A stretch of 32,000 bases of DNA. It comes from Candidatus Iainarchaeum sp. GTDB taxonomy: Archaea > Iainarchaeota > Iainarchaeia > Iainarchaeales > GCA-2688035. How positions within the stretch are numbered: position 1 is the first letter of the stretch; every line of letters starts with the position of its first letter. The stretch is from contig JAQTNI010000001.1 in the NCBI GenBank assembly GCA_028713935.1, positions 33,894-65,893 of the forward strand, in the 5' to 3' direction. The translations under genes and the position numbers were made by a program. This document shows, piece after piece, positions 1 through 8,240 of the stretch. The notes under the pieces were generated by a model. It had not been told where the DNA came from, did no database searches, and saw only the letters and a list, made by a program, of their open reading frames with translations.

Positions 1-45
1 AGATTCGATTTTATCTTTCAACATACAATCAATTCTTTTCTTATT

Positions 46-1080
46 TTATTCCATGCTTTGCAAAAGCCCCACTCTTCCCAGTTCCAAAAAATATTCGTTT
101 TCAGGGTTATTGATTCCTTTTTTGCATTTTGTGTAGGTCGCAAGAATAACATAGATTGCGTGCCCGAGTTTTATGTAAGTTGGCAATGCTTCAAGTTCTT
201 TCTGTGTTAGCGGAATAATTTTTTGGTATTCTTCCAAAACGATTTCAATGTTTTTTTCAGTTTTGCTTTTGCTTTCCTGCTCAAAAAGCACAGTGCAAGC
301 CATTACCGCAAGCTCCTGTATTCTTGGATAATAATTTGCACATGCAAAATCAATAAGCCACAATTTTCCGTTTTTATCCTTCATTATGTTTGTTTTTGTC
401 AAATCGCCATGAACAAAACAATGGGGCAATTTGTTTATTTCAAGTGCTTTTAAATCTTTCACCAATGGAAGAATTTTTTTCAGGTCTTCAGAATCCAGAA
501 ATTTTTTTGCTATTCGGAATTCCTTCAAAAAACTTGTTATTGCCCAATGGTCATAAACAAACTTTGGCTTTATTTTCATGCTGTTTATTATTGCGGCCTG
601 CTTTGCCAAAAACCTTATTTCCAAATCGGCCAGTTTTTCTTTTGATTCAAACAAAGTTTTGCCTTCAATAAAATCCATTGCAACAAGCCGCAATTTTTTT
701 CCCCTGACATTTAAAATCTGCAAATGCCTGTTTTTTGCCTCCAATAATTTTGGAGTGACCACATTGCTTTCCAAGGCCTTTTCCATGATTTTGACATATC
801 TCTTGCATTCTTGGAGCGTTCTAAAATCAGCAAAGACTTTGACAAAAAAATTCCCTTTTTTTGTTTGCAGGGCAAAATTAAAATCTTCATAGCCAATTGC
901 AACAAGCCTGTTTGAAACAAAAGCGCCAAGCCCAAAGCATTTGCAAACAGCTTCAGAAATATCTTCCAATCTGCCTTTGAAGCCAATCCTTTTTTTGAAT
1001 AAATCCCCCTCAGCCAAGCCAATCACTTTTTTTATTAGCAATCTGTTTACCAAAGATTCAAGTTCTTTTTCTTTGGGCAA
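46..1080 (-). CDS. APH/choline-kinase-type phosphotransferase (protein-kinase-like fold)
   Basis: 344-codon ORF with HGDLTKTNIM and WLIDFACANY, the catalytic-loop and metal-binding motifs of the aminoglycoside/choline/homoserine-kinase-II family. The listed start is a TTG only 40 nt from the tRNA-Gly 3' end, so the true start may be an in-frame TTG/GTG 10-19 codons downstream. Confidence 0.7.
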   Translation of the reverse strand: MPKEKELESLVNRLLIKKVIGLAEGDLFKKRIGFKGRLEDISEAVCKCFGLGAFVSNRLVAIGYEDFNFALQTKKGNFFVKVFADFRTLQECKRYVKIMEKALESNVVTPKLLEAKNRHLQILNVRGKKLRLVAMDFIEGKTLFESKEKLADLEIRFLAKQAAIINSMKIKPKFVYDHWAITSFLKEFRIAKKFLDSEDLKKILPLVKDLKALEINKLPHCFVHGDLTKTNIMKDKNGKLWLIDFACANYYPRIQELAVMACTVLFEQESKSKTEKNIEIVLEEYQKIIPLTQKELEALPTYIKLGHAIYVILATYTKCKKGINNPENEYFLELGRVGLLQSME

Positions 1081-1120
1081 CTTACACTTTCTTTTTCTTT
1101 CAAAGAAAAAGGAAGGGCAG
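1057..1120 (-). repeat. Trailer copy of a ~60-nt hairpin element, immediately 3' of tRNA-Gly
   Basis: Minus strand reads CTGCCC, then a polypyrimidine/polypurine hairpin, then AAAGTGTAAGTTGCCCAAA. It is paralogous to 1186-1245. T-runs in the hairpin also fit an archaeal oligo-T terminator. Confidence 0.7.
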
Positions 1121-1281
1121 TGCGTCCGCCGGGATTCGAACCCGGGTTACGAGCTCTTTCCTGCTTCAATTTTGTTTATTATTTGTTGAAGTTCTTTCTT
1201 TTGGGCAACTTACACTTTTCTTTCTTTCAAGAAAGAAAAGGGCAGTGGGAAGCTCGAATCCTACCGCTAGATTACAGACGC
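1121..1281 (-). tRNA. tRNA-Gly(CCC) with a 90-nt intron at 37/38 (intron 1156-1245)
   Basis: Minus strand folds as acceptor GCGTCTG/CGGACGC, D arm ATCT-AGCGGTA-GGAT, anticodon stem CGAGC/GCTCG, loop TTCCCA(A), T arm CCGGG-TTCGAAT-CCCGG, discriminator A. No CCA is encoded. The splice sites sit in a canonical bulge-helix-bulge: TTCC pairs with GGAA between 3-nt bulges CA|C and AG|A. Confidence 0.85.
1186..1245 (-). repeat. Intron copy of the ~60-nt hairpin element (5' part of the tRNA-Gly intron)
   Basis: Hand alignment with 1057-1120 shows a perfect 19-nt core AAAGTGTAAGTTGCCCAAA. The hairpin arms differ but stay complementary within each copy. Confidence 0.7.
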
Positions 1282-2121
1282 GTTTTCTTTTTTTTCTGTT
1301 GTGCCTGTTTCTGTTTGCTGTAATTGTGCTGATGGCGCTATTAAGTATGCCTGTTGGTTTTCTATTTTTATTTGCATTCCTGGCAGGTAGATTTTTACTA
1401 GGTTTTTTTCTGTGGGAGGAAATTTTTCCGCCAGTGCGAGCAATTGCAGTGTTTGTTTTTTTTCTATTACAAGGTTGTTTTGCTCTGTTTTTGCCTGCAG
1501 AGATTCTTTTATTTGGTTTGCAAAGTTTGGGTTTGTGCATTCAATGCGGATTTGTTGCAGTTCTTGTTTTTCAATTATTGCAAAAATTGTGGGAATTGTT
1601 TCCTGTGAAAGAGAAATTTTTTTGAAGTCATTAAAATTCAGTTCTTTTAGTGCTGTTATCTGGTGCAAGAGCACGTCTGAAAGGTATTTTAGTTGTTGTG
1701 CCCGTTTGTCTGTTTTTTCCTTTAGTTCAAGCAAATCGGAAATGTAAAAATTGCTGCTTGTTTTTGCTGCTTTCAGCAAATCGTTGTCTGCTTTGCTTCT
1801 TTCAATGAGGGTTTGCAGCATTTTTACTATTGTTTCAACCTCTTCAACAGGGTTTTTTGATGCCATGCTTTCATTTAGCCTTGTCAATAGCTTGTTTTTC
1901 ATTTCAGAATTGATTTCAACAAGGCCCTTGTCTGTTACAAAAATCTTGTTTGCCTGCCTCTGCACAACGCCAATTGCAGCCAAATCTTTCAAAGTCCTAC
2001 TTAAAGCAGCGCGAGCAGAATTAATGCTGCCATATTCAGAAGTGATTCTGTTAAGCAGCTCGTTGTAATCAATTCCGGGATTCTGCTTAAGAATTAACAA
2101 AAAATTGTTTCTCTGGGTCAC
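1267..2121 (-). CDS. Winged-helix DNA-binding protein with a long coiled-coil C-terminal region (hypothetical)
   Basis: 284-codon ORF. The N-terminal ~70 aa look like a wHTH (ELLNRITSEYGSINSARAALSRTLKDLAAIGVV); the rest is helical and Q/E/K-rich. The last 15 nt overlap the 5' exon of tRNA-Gly. Confidence 0.55.
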   Translation of the reverse strand: MTQRNNFLLILKQNPGIDYNELLNRITSEYGSINSARAALSRTLKDLAAIGVVQRQANKIFVTDKGLVEINSEMKNKLLTRLNESMASKNPVEEVETIVKMLQTLIERSKADNDLLKAAKTSSNFYISDLLELKEKTDKRAQQLKYLSDVLLHQITALKELNFNDFKKISLSQETIPTIFAIIEKQELQQIRIECTNPNFANQIKESLQAKTEQNNLVIEKKQTLQLLALAEKFPPTEKNLVKIYLPGMQIKIENQQAYLIAPSAQLQQTETGTTEKKENASVI

Positions 2122-2171
2122 GTTAAAAACAATTAGTCGAATCCTTTAAAATCGTTTCTAATTTTTGTTTT

Positions 2172-2252
2172 TTGTTAATTTTTTCCACAATCTTGTTAAT
2201 GGTTTTTTTAATTTGTTAATTAATTTGTTTTTTCAGGCTTTAATTTGTTAAT
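2172..2252. promoter_or_regulatory. Four spaced TTGTTAAT direct repeats in the promoter region of the wHTH gene
   Basis: TTGTTAAT occurs at 2172, 2193, 2213 and 2245, with a degenerate copy near 2224. Spacing of the first three is 21 and 20 bp. Confidence 0.35.
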
Positions 2253-2318
2253 TAGCATGTTGCATTTTCAAGAAAAAGTGTTATTATTCGCTTTGAAACT
2301 AACAAACAGGTTTGCATT

Positions 2319-2612
2319 TTATGCTGCAGTTGTGCCTTTTCCGACTTCTATTTTTTTCATTCTTTTTGGGATTACAAAATAGTGTTTTGCAGAGCAGACA
2401 CTGCATTCTGCAATGAAACAGGGTTTTTTGTTTTGTTTTTTTACTGTTGCAGTAAACTGGTGTTTTCCCTTGTAACCGCGTTTTTTTCTTTCATTGGACC
2501 TGTTTCCTTTTGCCATTGTCCTTGGCGAACCTGCCCTGAACAATTTGAGCTTATGGTCTGTATGGGTATTGCATTTTTTGCAATAATCCTTGATTACCTT
2601 TGGCATATTCAT
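2319..2612 (-). CDS. rpl44e: Ribosomal protein eL42 (L44e)
   Basis: MNMPKVIKDYCKKCNTHTDHKL ... ECSVCSAKH: a four-cysteine zinc ribbon with the size and N-terminus typical of archaeal L44e. Confidence 0.9.
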   Translation of the reverse strand: MNMPKVIKDYCKKCNTHTDHKLKLFRAGSPRTMAKGNRSNERKKRGYKGKHQFTATVKKQNKKPCFIAECSVCSAKHYFVIPKRMKKIEVGKGTTAA

Positions 2613-2751
2613 AAAGCATCACAAAAAATCGGATTTATTCTACAAATTACTAAAAATTATAGGCATGGAAAGCTTTTAAAAGCACTCTGAAAACACAAAA
2701 ACACACTATTTCCAAGTAACTCTTTAATTCTGATTTGTCTTTTATTATGCC

Positions 2752-3210
2752 ATGGTTCGGAATGTTAAAAAATGGGTAAATTATGTTGATAAGTCCCTTG
2801 CAAGGCAGCCTAAGCGTGCACTGAGAAGGCAGAGGCAAATAGAAAGGCAAGTTTTTGCCCAAGAAATTTCTCCAAAGGACTTGAAAAAGGCGCGTGCAGA
2901 GTTATCTGCTTCTGTTGCAGAGCAAAGAGTCCTGAGAAAGGATCACAAGCTTTTTAACAAAATAGTTATTGACACAGCAATAAAAGAGCTTGGTTTTAAT
3001 CAGACTTTGTCTTCTTCTGCATTAAGAAACCTGCATTTGCTTTCAAACAGGGCCTTGATGATTCCCCTGGGTTCAACAATAGAAATCCGACCTGAAGTTT
3101 TTGGCCAAACATTAACTCAAATAATCAGGTTAATTGGCGACAAACCCCTTGCAATAAAATTTTTGTCTACTCTGATTCACTTGCGCGAAGCTTACAATAA
3201 AAATCTTTAA
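2752..3210 (+). CDS. Hypothetical protein with a basic N-terminus
   Basis: 152-codon ORF in an otherwise unoccupied interval. No motif recognised. Confidence 0.45.
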   Translation: MVRNVKKWVNYVDKSLARQPKRALRRQRQIERQVFAQEISPKDLKKARAELSASVAEQRVLRKDHKLFNKIVIDTAIKELGFNQTLSSSALRNLHLLSNRALMIPLGSTIEIRPEVFGQTLTQIIRLIGDKPLAIKFLSTLIHLREAYNKNL

Positions 3211-3241
3211 TGCAAAAGCAATTGAGAAAACCATTTGCAAT

Positions 3242-3658
3242 TCAGTTTTGCCCTATTCCACAAAGTTTTTTCCATTGCTCTTCCACTGTCCTTTCGTTCA
3301 CATATGGCTTGTGGTGCCTGAATCCGCCTCCAAATCCTGCTGGGATGTGCAGTAATTCGTGAATCAGGGTTTTTGTTTTGTCATCCTCGCTTAGCCTGTC
3401 AAATTTTTCCGAAAGCAGTTCAATCACATAAAAAGGCTCTGTTTTCATTCCAAGCTGCATTGCTTTTCCTAACCCATGTATGCGTGCAATTGTCCTTCTT
3501 GTTTTTGTCCCTGCACTTTTAAGACAGGCAATTCTTTCAGGCGCAATATGGTGAAAACCGAGCTTTTCAACAAGTTCCCTTGCCTTCAAAGTCCATTCTT
3601 CTGAAAAAGCGTATTTCACAAAAAAAACCTTATAACATTTCAGAAATTTTTTTTCCAA
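3242..3658 (-). CDS. Putative HExxH zinc metallopeptidase (COG4900-like)
   Basis: HELLHIPAGFGGGFRHH motif in a small ~138-aa protein. The start overlaps the end of the DJ-1 gene by 29 nt. Confidence 0.55.
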   Translation of the reverse strand: MEKKFLKCYKVFFVKYAFSEEWTLKARELVEKLGFHHIAPERIACLKSAGTKTRRTIARIHGLGKAMQLGMKTEPFYVIELLSEKFDRLSEDDKTKTLIHELLHIPAGFGGGFRHHKPYVNERTVEEQWKKLCGIGQN

Positions 3659-4130
3659 ATTCCCTTGCTGCCTGCGGGCCTTTTCCTGTAATTATTTTGC
3701 CATCGGTTTCAACAAGCGCTTCAGTTAATTTTGCGCCTTTTGCCTCAATTTTCTCTGCAAGCCCTGTGCAGGTCGCTTTTTTTCCTTTCAAGAGGCCTGC
3801 ATTTGCAAGAATCATTGGTGCAATGCAGATTGCTGCAACAATTTTTCCTTCTTTTGAAAATTCTTTTGCCAATTTCAATGCAGCCGCATCTTTGAAATAA
3901 GTTTCTGAGCCTGAGCCTCCGACAAAAATAATTGCATCAAAATCGCCTGTTTTCACCTGCTTTAATTCCAATGAAATTTCCGCTTTTCCCCCAAGCATTC
4001 CAATTGCAGTGCCTTTTTGCTTTCCTGCAATAACTGTTTCATGCCCTGCCTTTTCCAGCTCTTCTTTTGTAAAAAACAATTCTTCATCACGGAAATTTTT
4101 TTGTGCAATTACCAAAACAATCTTTGCCAT
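3630..4130 (-). CDS. DJ-1/PfpI family protein
   Basis: Starts MAKIVLVIAQ and has the nucleophile-elbow AAICIAP motif. The start is trimmed to the ATG at 4130; the 48-codon upstream extension in the track is unlikely to be translated. Confidence 0.85.
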   Translation of the reverse strand: MAKIVLVIAQKNFRDEELFFTKEELEKAGHETVIAGKQKGTAIGMLGGKAEISLELKQVKTGDFDAIIFVGGSGSETYFKDAAALKLAKEFSKEGKIVAAICIAPMILANAGLLKGKKATCTGLAEKIEAKGAKLTEALVETDGKIITGKGPQAAREFGKKISEML

Positions 4131-4196
4131 AAGCAGTGCCTTTATCCAATTATTTGCAGGGAAAGGTTTTTTATTCTGAAAGGGCATAATGTTTGC

Positions 4197-4544
4197 ATGA
4201 AAACAGGGCTTTTGCTGATTTGCTTTGTTGTTTTTGCTGTTTTGTTCAGCGGCTGCACACAGCAGCCCGCACAAGCCCCTCTAGGCGGAAACAATTCCAA
4301 TACAATTGAAATTTCAAATTTTTCTTTTTCTCCAAGCGAAATTACAATTAAAAAAGGAGAAACTGTTGCCTGGATAAACAAGGATTCAGCAAAGCACAGC
4401 ATTGTTTCAGACTCAGGAAGCGAATTGAATTCAACGCTTTTGGCAACCAACGAAACTTTTTCACACACATTTAATTCTTCGGGAACATTCGGTTATCATT
4501 GCACTGTGCACGCTTCAATGAAAGGAAAAGTAATCGTAGAGTGA
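4197..4544 (+). CDS. Small blue-copper (cupredoxin/plastocyanin-like) lipoprotein
   Basis: Signal peptide with lipobox LFSGC. Type-1 copper ligands are H (AKHSI) and YHCTVHASM (C-x2-H-x2-M). Start trimmed to the ATG at 4197. Confidence 0.8.
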   Translation: MKTGLLLICFVVFAVLFSGCTQQPAQAPLGGNNSNTIEISNFSFSPSEITIKKGETVAWINKDSAKHSIVSDSGSELNSTLLATNETFSHTFNSSGTFGYHCTVHASMKGKVIVE

Positions 4545-4548
4545 TTGC

Positions 4549-4767
4549 TTGCTCGAAAACATTGTTTATTTCATGATTCTTGGAAAGCCGCTCATATTCT
4601 ATTTGGGGATTATTACCCTGGTTTCTTTTTTGTGCACTGCAACAATCGGCTTTTTGAATTTTAAAGGCTATAAAAAAATTCCTTTCAAATGGCATCCGCG
4701 CTTTGCTGCAATTTCAATAATTCTGGGAATAATCCACGGCACACTCGGAATACTGCTTTACCTTTGA
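4549..4767 (+). CDS. Small two-TM membrane protein (hypothetical)
   Basis: 72-codon ORF directly after the cupredoxin gene with two hydrophobic helices. TTG start, so the true start may be the internal ATG. Confidence 0.45.
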   Translation: MLENIVYFMILGKPLIFYLGIITLVSFLCTATIGFLNFKGYKKIPFKWHPRFAAISIILGIIHGTLGILLYL

Positions 4768-4805
4768 AAACAAAGCTTTTTATTTTGCTTTTTTCTAATT
4801 AGAAC

Positions 4806-5627
4806 ATGCAGCCAAAAATCTTCTGGATTGCCTCTCTCGCGCTTCTTTTGATAATGCTCATTGTGAATGCCTTTTTTGTCCTCGACCTGCTCACTTCCGA
4901 CCTTCCAGTTGAATTGTTCATAGTGAATTTCATACTTTTTTTCCCATTGGCTGCCTCACTTGGCTTTGTTTGGGCCAAAAAAAATTTTGGCTATTATTTA
5001 AGCCTTGTTCTTGGGGCGATTTTTTTAGTGCTTTATGCGGGTGAATTTATTTTTACGCTCCTGGCTTTGCAGGAAGCGCTTTCCCTGATGGATTTTTTTT
5101 CCTTTATTTTCCCGCTTATAATTCCGCCTGCCCTGCTCCTGCTCTGCACATGGAAAAGCAGGCCTGTTTTTCAGGAAACAAATCCGGGAACACATTGGAA
5201 TGCAGCGCTGATTACACTAGTCCTGGTTTTTTTGTTTTACCTTGCTTCGGCAATAACACTTGCCTTTTATTATTCCGCAATGGTTGCAGCCGAATATTTC
5301 ACTGAAAACCTTGTTTATATTTTCAATTCCCTCTTAATCCAGGGAGCAATCTTTATTGTTGCGCTTATTGCAACTGCATTTTTCTTTTTTAAAAAAAGAG
5401 CGGGTTTTTACCTGGGGCTTGCTGTTCCAATCCTGCTTGCAATTGTTTCCCTTGCAGACCTGAGCATGCAATTAATTTCTGTTTGGCAAATTGCAACTCC
5501 AGATGAAATGTTGTCATTGTCACTTGCAATTTTAGGTTCCATCCAGCCAGGCCTTTTAATAATCCTTTTTTACTGTATCTGGAAAGCAAAGCCTGTTTTT
5601 GAGGAAAAAAAACATGCACAACCTTGA
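4806..5627 (+). CDS. Polytopic membrane protein (hypothetical)
   Basis: 273-codon ORF with about 8 hydrophobic segments. No family motif recognised. Confidence 0.6.
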   Translation: MQPKIFWIASLALLLIMLIVNAFFVLDLLTSDLPVELFIVNFILFFPLAASLGFVWAKKNFGYYLSLVLGAIFLVLYAGEFIFTLLALQEALSLMDFFSFIFPLIIPPALLLLCTWKSRPVFQETNPGTHWNAALITLVLVFLFYLASAITLAFYYSAMVAAEYFTENLVYIFNSLLIQGAIFIVALIATAFFFFKKRAGFYLGLAVPILLAIVSLADLSMQLISVWQIATPDEMLSLSLAILGSIQPGLLIILFYCIWKAKPVFEEKKHAQP

Positions 5628-6657
5628 TTTGAAACTGGATTCCTCGCAGCTGAAAGATATCTGGGTTATGCTTAGCCAGTCCTGTGACCATAAATGCAGG
5701 AATTGCTTTGAAGCAACTGAAAAAGGAATTGATTCATCAAAAGACAACCTTTCTGCAAAAGAAATACTGAAATTAATCAATGAGGCAATTGAATTGGGAA
5801 TCAATGAAGTCGGGATTCCAGGAGCATGAGAACCATTTCACCCAAAAAATATCAAAATACTGTTCAAGATTCTTAATAACAATTTCAAAAAGGGAATTCA
5901 TACAACTGTTTTTACACACCTCGGCTTTTTTGACAAGAAGATAGTAAAAAAGCTTGCAAAATTCGGTGACAAAATTACGCTGCTTGTAAAATTCAATTCC
6001 TTTAAGCCAGAGCTTCAGGATTGGTTTGACAATGCAAAAGGCTATGCAAAAAAACGCGATAAAATTCTTCAGCTCCTGTTCAAGCAGGGCTTTAACGATG
6101 GCAAACGCCTTGGTTTTGTAACCTCAATAATGACTTTTAATTTCAAGGAGATTCCTGAAATTTTCCGTTACTGCAGGAGAAATAACATTGTGGTTGATAT
6201 TGACAATATTTTGCCGAGGGGGAGAGGCTATAAAAACAAGTTCAATCCCTCGGATAAAAAACTGAAGGGAATGTATGAAACACTTGCAAAAATTGACAAA
6301 GAAGAATTTGGCAATGGCTGGGAACCAACCGGGAGTTATGCCGGCCCTGAAGCCTGCAATCGTTATTGCCATCACCTGTTCATTGCAAAAAACGGTGAAG
6401 CACATCCCTGCATTGGCTCTGTTAATATTTTTCTTGGCAATGTAAAAAAGCTCGGCTTGAAGCAAATTTGGAATTCTTCGGAAATGAAAATTATCAGGGA
6501 ACGTTCTTATGACGGGAAATGTCTTGACTGCAAATTGTTCATTGAAAACAAATGCCATTCCTGCCTTGGCAGATATACTGAAAATCTTGACAAAAGGAAT
6601 CTTCTTGAAACAGGAAAGGGTCATACAACTGGCTGTTTTTGCTTCAAAGAAAAATAA
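5614..6657 (+). pseudogene. Radical SAM/SPASM-domain protein interrupted by one in-frame TGA (5827-5829)
   Basis: CDHKCRNCF is a CxxxCxxC radical SAM cluster motif. The C-terminus is Cys-rich and SPASM-like (CHHL...CIG...CLDCKLFIENKCHSCLG). ORFs 5599-5829 and 6130-6657 share one frame, and 5830-6129 has no further stop. The TGA falls in ...GIPGA*EPF, where the GGEP SAM-binding motif is expected. Confidence 0.75.
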
Positions 6658-6670
6658 TAGGGGCAAATTT

Positions 6671-7384
6671 TTAATCAGCCAGTTCCCAGTAAATTCTCCT
6701 GTTGCTTGCTCCCTTGTTGTTGAGTTTTGTAATCTTCACTTTTCCGATTTCTTTTGTGTTTTTCACATGGGTTCCGCCGTCAGCGCTCACATCAATGTTT
6801 CCAATGCTGACAAGCCTGAATTCTTCAAGCGCTTTTGGCAATTTGTCCTTTAACCTGAACAAATCAGGATTTTTCAATGCCTCTTCTCTTTTCACAAAAG
6901 AAACAGTAATGCCAAGGTTTCCTGAAATAATCTCATTTGTGTCTTTTTCAATTGCAGCAAGTTTTTCCCTGTCAAATTCTTTTAAGTCAAAATCCATTCT
7001 GCTGTGCTCTATGCCGAGCTGGTTTCCTGAAACAAGAACCCCAAATTTTTTCCAAATTGAATTGTGAATAATGTGCGCGGAAGAATGCATTCTCATTAAT
7101 TTGTATCTGCGTTCCCAGTCAACAATGCAATGCACTTCATCTCCCTGTTTCAAGCCTTCCCTGTCAACTTCATGGCTCACATTTTTGCCAAAAGCCTTTG
7201 AAAAAACAACTTTGAATTCAGCTCCATCGCTTTTCCTTTTAATTGTTCCATTGTCACAAGGCTGCCCGCCCTGCTCCGGATAAAGAGCTGTCCTGTCAAG
7301 AACAACAAATTTTTCCTGCATGCTTTCCACTTTGGCATCAAATTCTTTAAGGTAAGAATCATGCAGCCACAAAAACTCTGTCAT
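6671..7384 (-). CDS. alaX: AlaX-type alanyl-tRNA editing protein (Thr/Ala-tRNA synthetase SAD domain)
   Basis: MHSSAHIIH is the HxxxH zinc motif, and ...DGGTHVKNTKEIG matches the second motif. Start trimmed to MTEFLWLHDSY at 7384. Confidence 0.85.
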   Translation of the reverse strand: MTEFLWLHDSYLKEFDAKVESMQEKFVVLDRTALYPEQGGQPCDNGTIKRKSDGAEFKVVFSKAFGKNVSHEVDREGLKQGDEVHCIVDWERRYKLMRMHSSAHIIHNSIWKKFGVLVSGNQLGIEHSRMDFDLKEFDREKLAAIEKDTNEIISGNLGITVSFVKREEALKNPDLFRLKDKLPKALEEFRLVSIGNIDVSADGGTHVKNTKEIGKVKITKLNNKGASNRRIYWELAD

Positions 7385-7477
7385 AAAAAGCCTGACAAAA
7401 TTAACAATAAAAAGAATTAAAAAATTAGTTTTTTTGCTAAACTTGGTTTTAAGCTTTTTTCTGTTTATTGCTTGTTT

Positions 7478-8029
7478 ATGGGAAATTTTTATTTTGACAT
7501 TGAAACAACTGGCCTTGATGCAAAGAAAAACAAGATTATTACTATCCAGTACCAGGAATTGGACAGGCACACAGGCAATGCAATTGGCGAGCTTGTGATT
7601 TTAAAAGAATGGGAGCTTTCTGAACGCGGAATTCTCGAAAAGTTTATTGCCGATTCAAAGATTGCAAGCAATTATGATTTTGATTTTATTCCAACTGGCT
7701 ATAACTTGGGTTTTGAACACAATTTTTTGAAGGAAAGAACAGCGCTTCACAGCCTGAATCCTCTTGATATTCTCAGCAAGCCGTTTCTCGACCTGAGGGC
7801 TTTTGGCATAATAATGAACAAAGGGGAATTCAAAGGCTCAGGCCTTGACAAAATAACAGGAAAAGCAACTGACGGAAGGCAGGTTCCAATCTGGTATCAA
7901 AACAAGGAATATGCCACAATAATCAAATACATAGAAAACGAGGCAAAATCATTCATAGAACTCAATGCCTGGCTATACAAAGAAATGCCGGGCTGCATGG
8001 AAAGATTCAAAAAAGAAAACAAAATATGA
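7478..8029 (+). CDS. DEDD-type 3'-5' exonuclease (RNase H-like superfamily)
   Basis: The N-terminal FDIETTGL Exo I motif and the size (183 aa) fit YprB/DnaQ-like exonucleases. Confidence 0.7.
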   Translation: MGNFYFDIETTGLDAKKNKIITIQYQELDRHTGNAIGELVILKEWELSERGILEKFIADSKIASNYDFDFIPTGYNLGFEHNFLKERTALHSLNPLDILSKPFLDLRAFGIIMNKGEFKGSGLDKITGKATDGRQVPIWYQNKEYATIIKYIENEAKSFIELNAWLYKEMPGCMERFKKENKI

Positions 8030-8033
8030 ACAA

Positions 8034-8228
8034 TTATTCTTCCCAGATAAACAGCTTGTCAATTGTTGTTTTCAGCTCTTTTGCCAGTGCATGGGCAAGC
8101 AAAATTGAGCAGTTGTAATCTCCTTTTTCAATGAAAACAATTGTTTCCCTTCTTACCCCGACTTTTTTTGCAAGCTCTTCCTGGGTAAGGCTGAATTTTG
8201 CCCTGAGTTCTTTGATTCTTGTTTTCAA
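8034..8228 (-). CDS. XRE-family helix-turn-helix transcriptional regulator
   Basis: [32 protein letters not shown] is a classic Cro/C1 HTH. 64 aa. Confidence 0.85.
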   Translation of the reverse strand: MKTRIKELRAKFSLTQEELAKKVGVRRETIVFIEKGDYNCSILLAHALAKELKTTIDKLFIWEE

Positions 8229-8240
8229 GGAATCACTTTG

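Noticed and set aside
1171-1186. tRNA-Gly read as two separately transcribed halves, with an internal AAATAATAAA TATA-like element ~20 nt before the 3' exon and T-runs after the 5' exon
   Set aside because: The exon-intron junctions form a textbook bulge-helix-bulge (TTCC/GGAA flanked by 3-nt bulges). Ordinary cis-splicing of one transcript is therefore the simpler reading. It is left as a point for RNA-seq to settle.
1166-1625. Track ORFs 1166-1540 (-), 1120-1323 (+) and 1245-1625 (+) around tRNA-Gly
   Set aside because: They overlap the tRNA and its intron, or are alternative-frame or antisense shadows of the better-supported 1267-2121 gene. Their sequences are compositionally biased.
3630-4274. 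Upstream extensions of several track ORFs (DJ-1 to 4274, cupredoxin from 4017, AlaX to 7570, ROK to 27558, CDGSH from 22188, small basic proteins from 19295 and 20820)
   Set aside because: Family homology or signal peptides begin at internal ATGs. The extensions overlap neighbouring genes or promoters and use GTG/TTG codons without support.
5827-5829. In-frame TGA in the radical SAM gene read as selenocysteine, or as a TGA=Gly genetic code
   Set aside because: TGA terminates neighbouring genes at natural-looking C-termini (cupredoxin at 4542-4544, nnrD at 13405-13407, MNT at 20390-20392), so TGA is a stop here. I cannot identify a SECIS element by eye, and Sec use is not expected in this kind of archaeon. 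It is kept only as a disrupted or possibly recoded gene.
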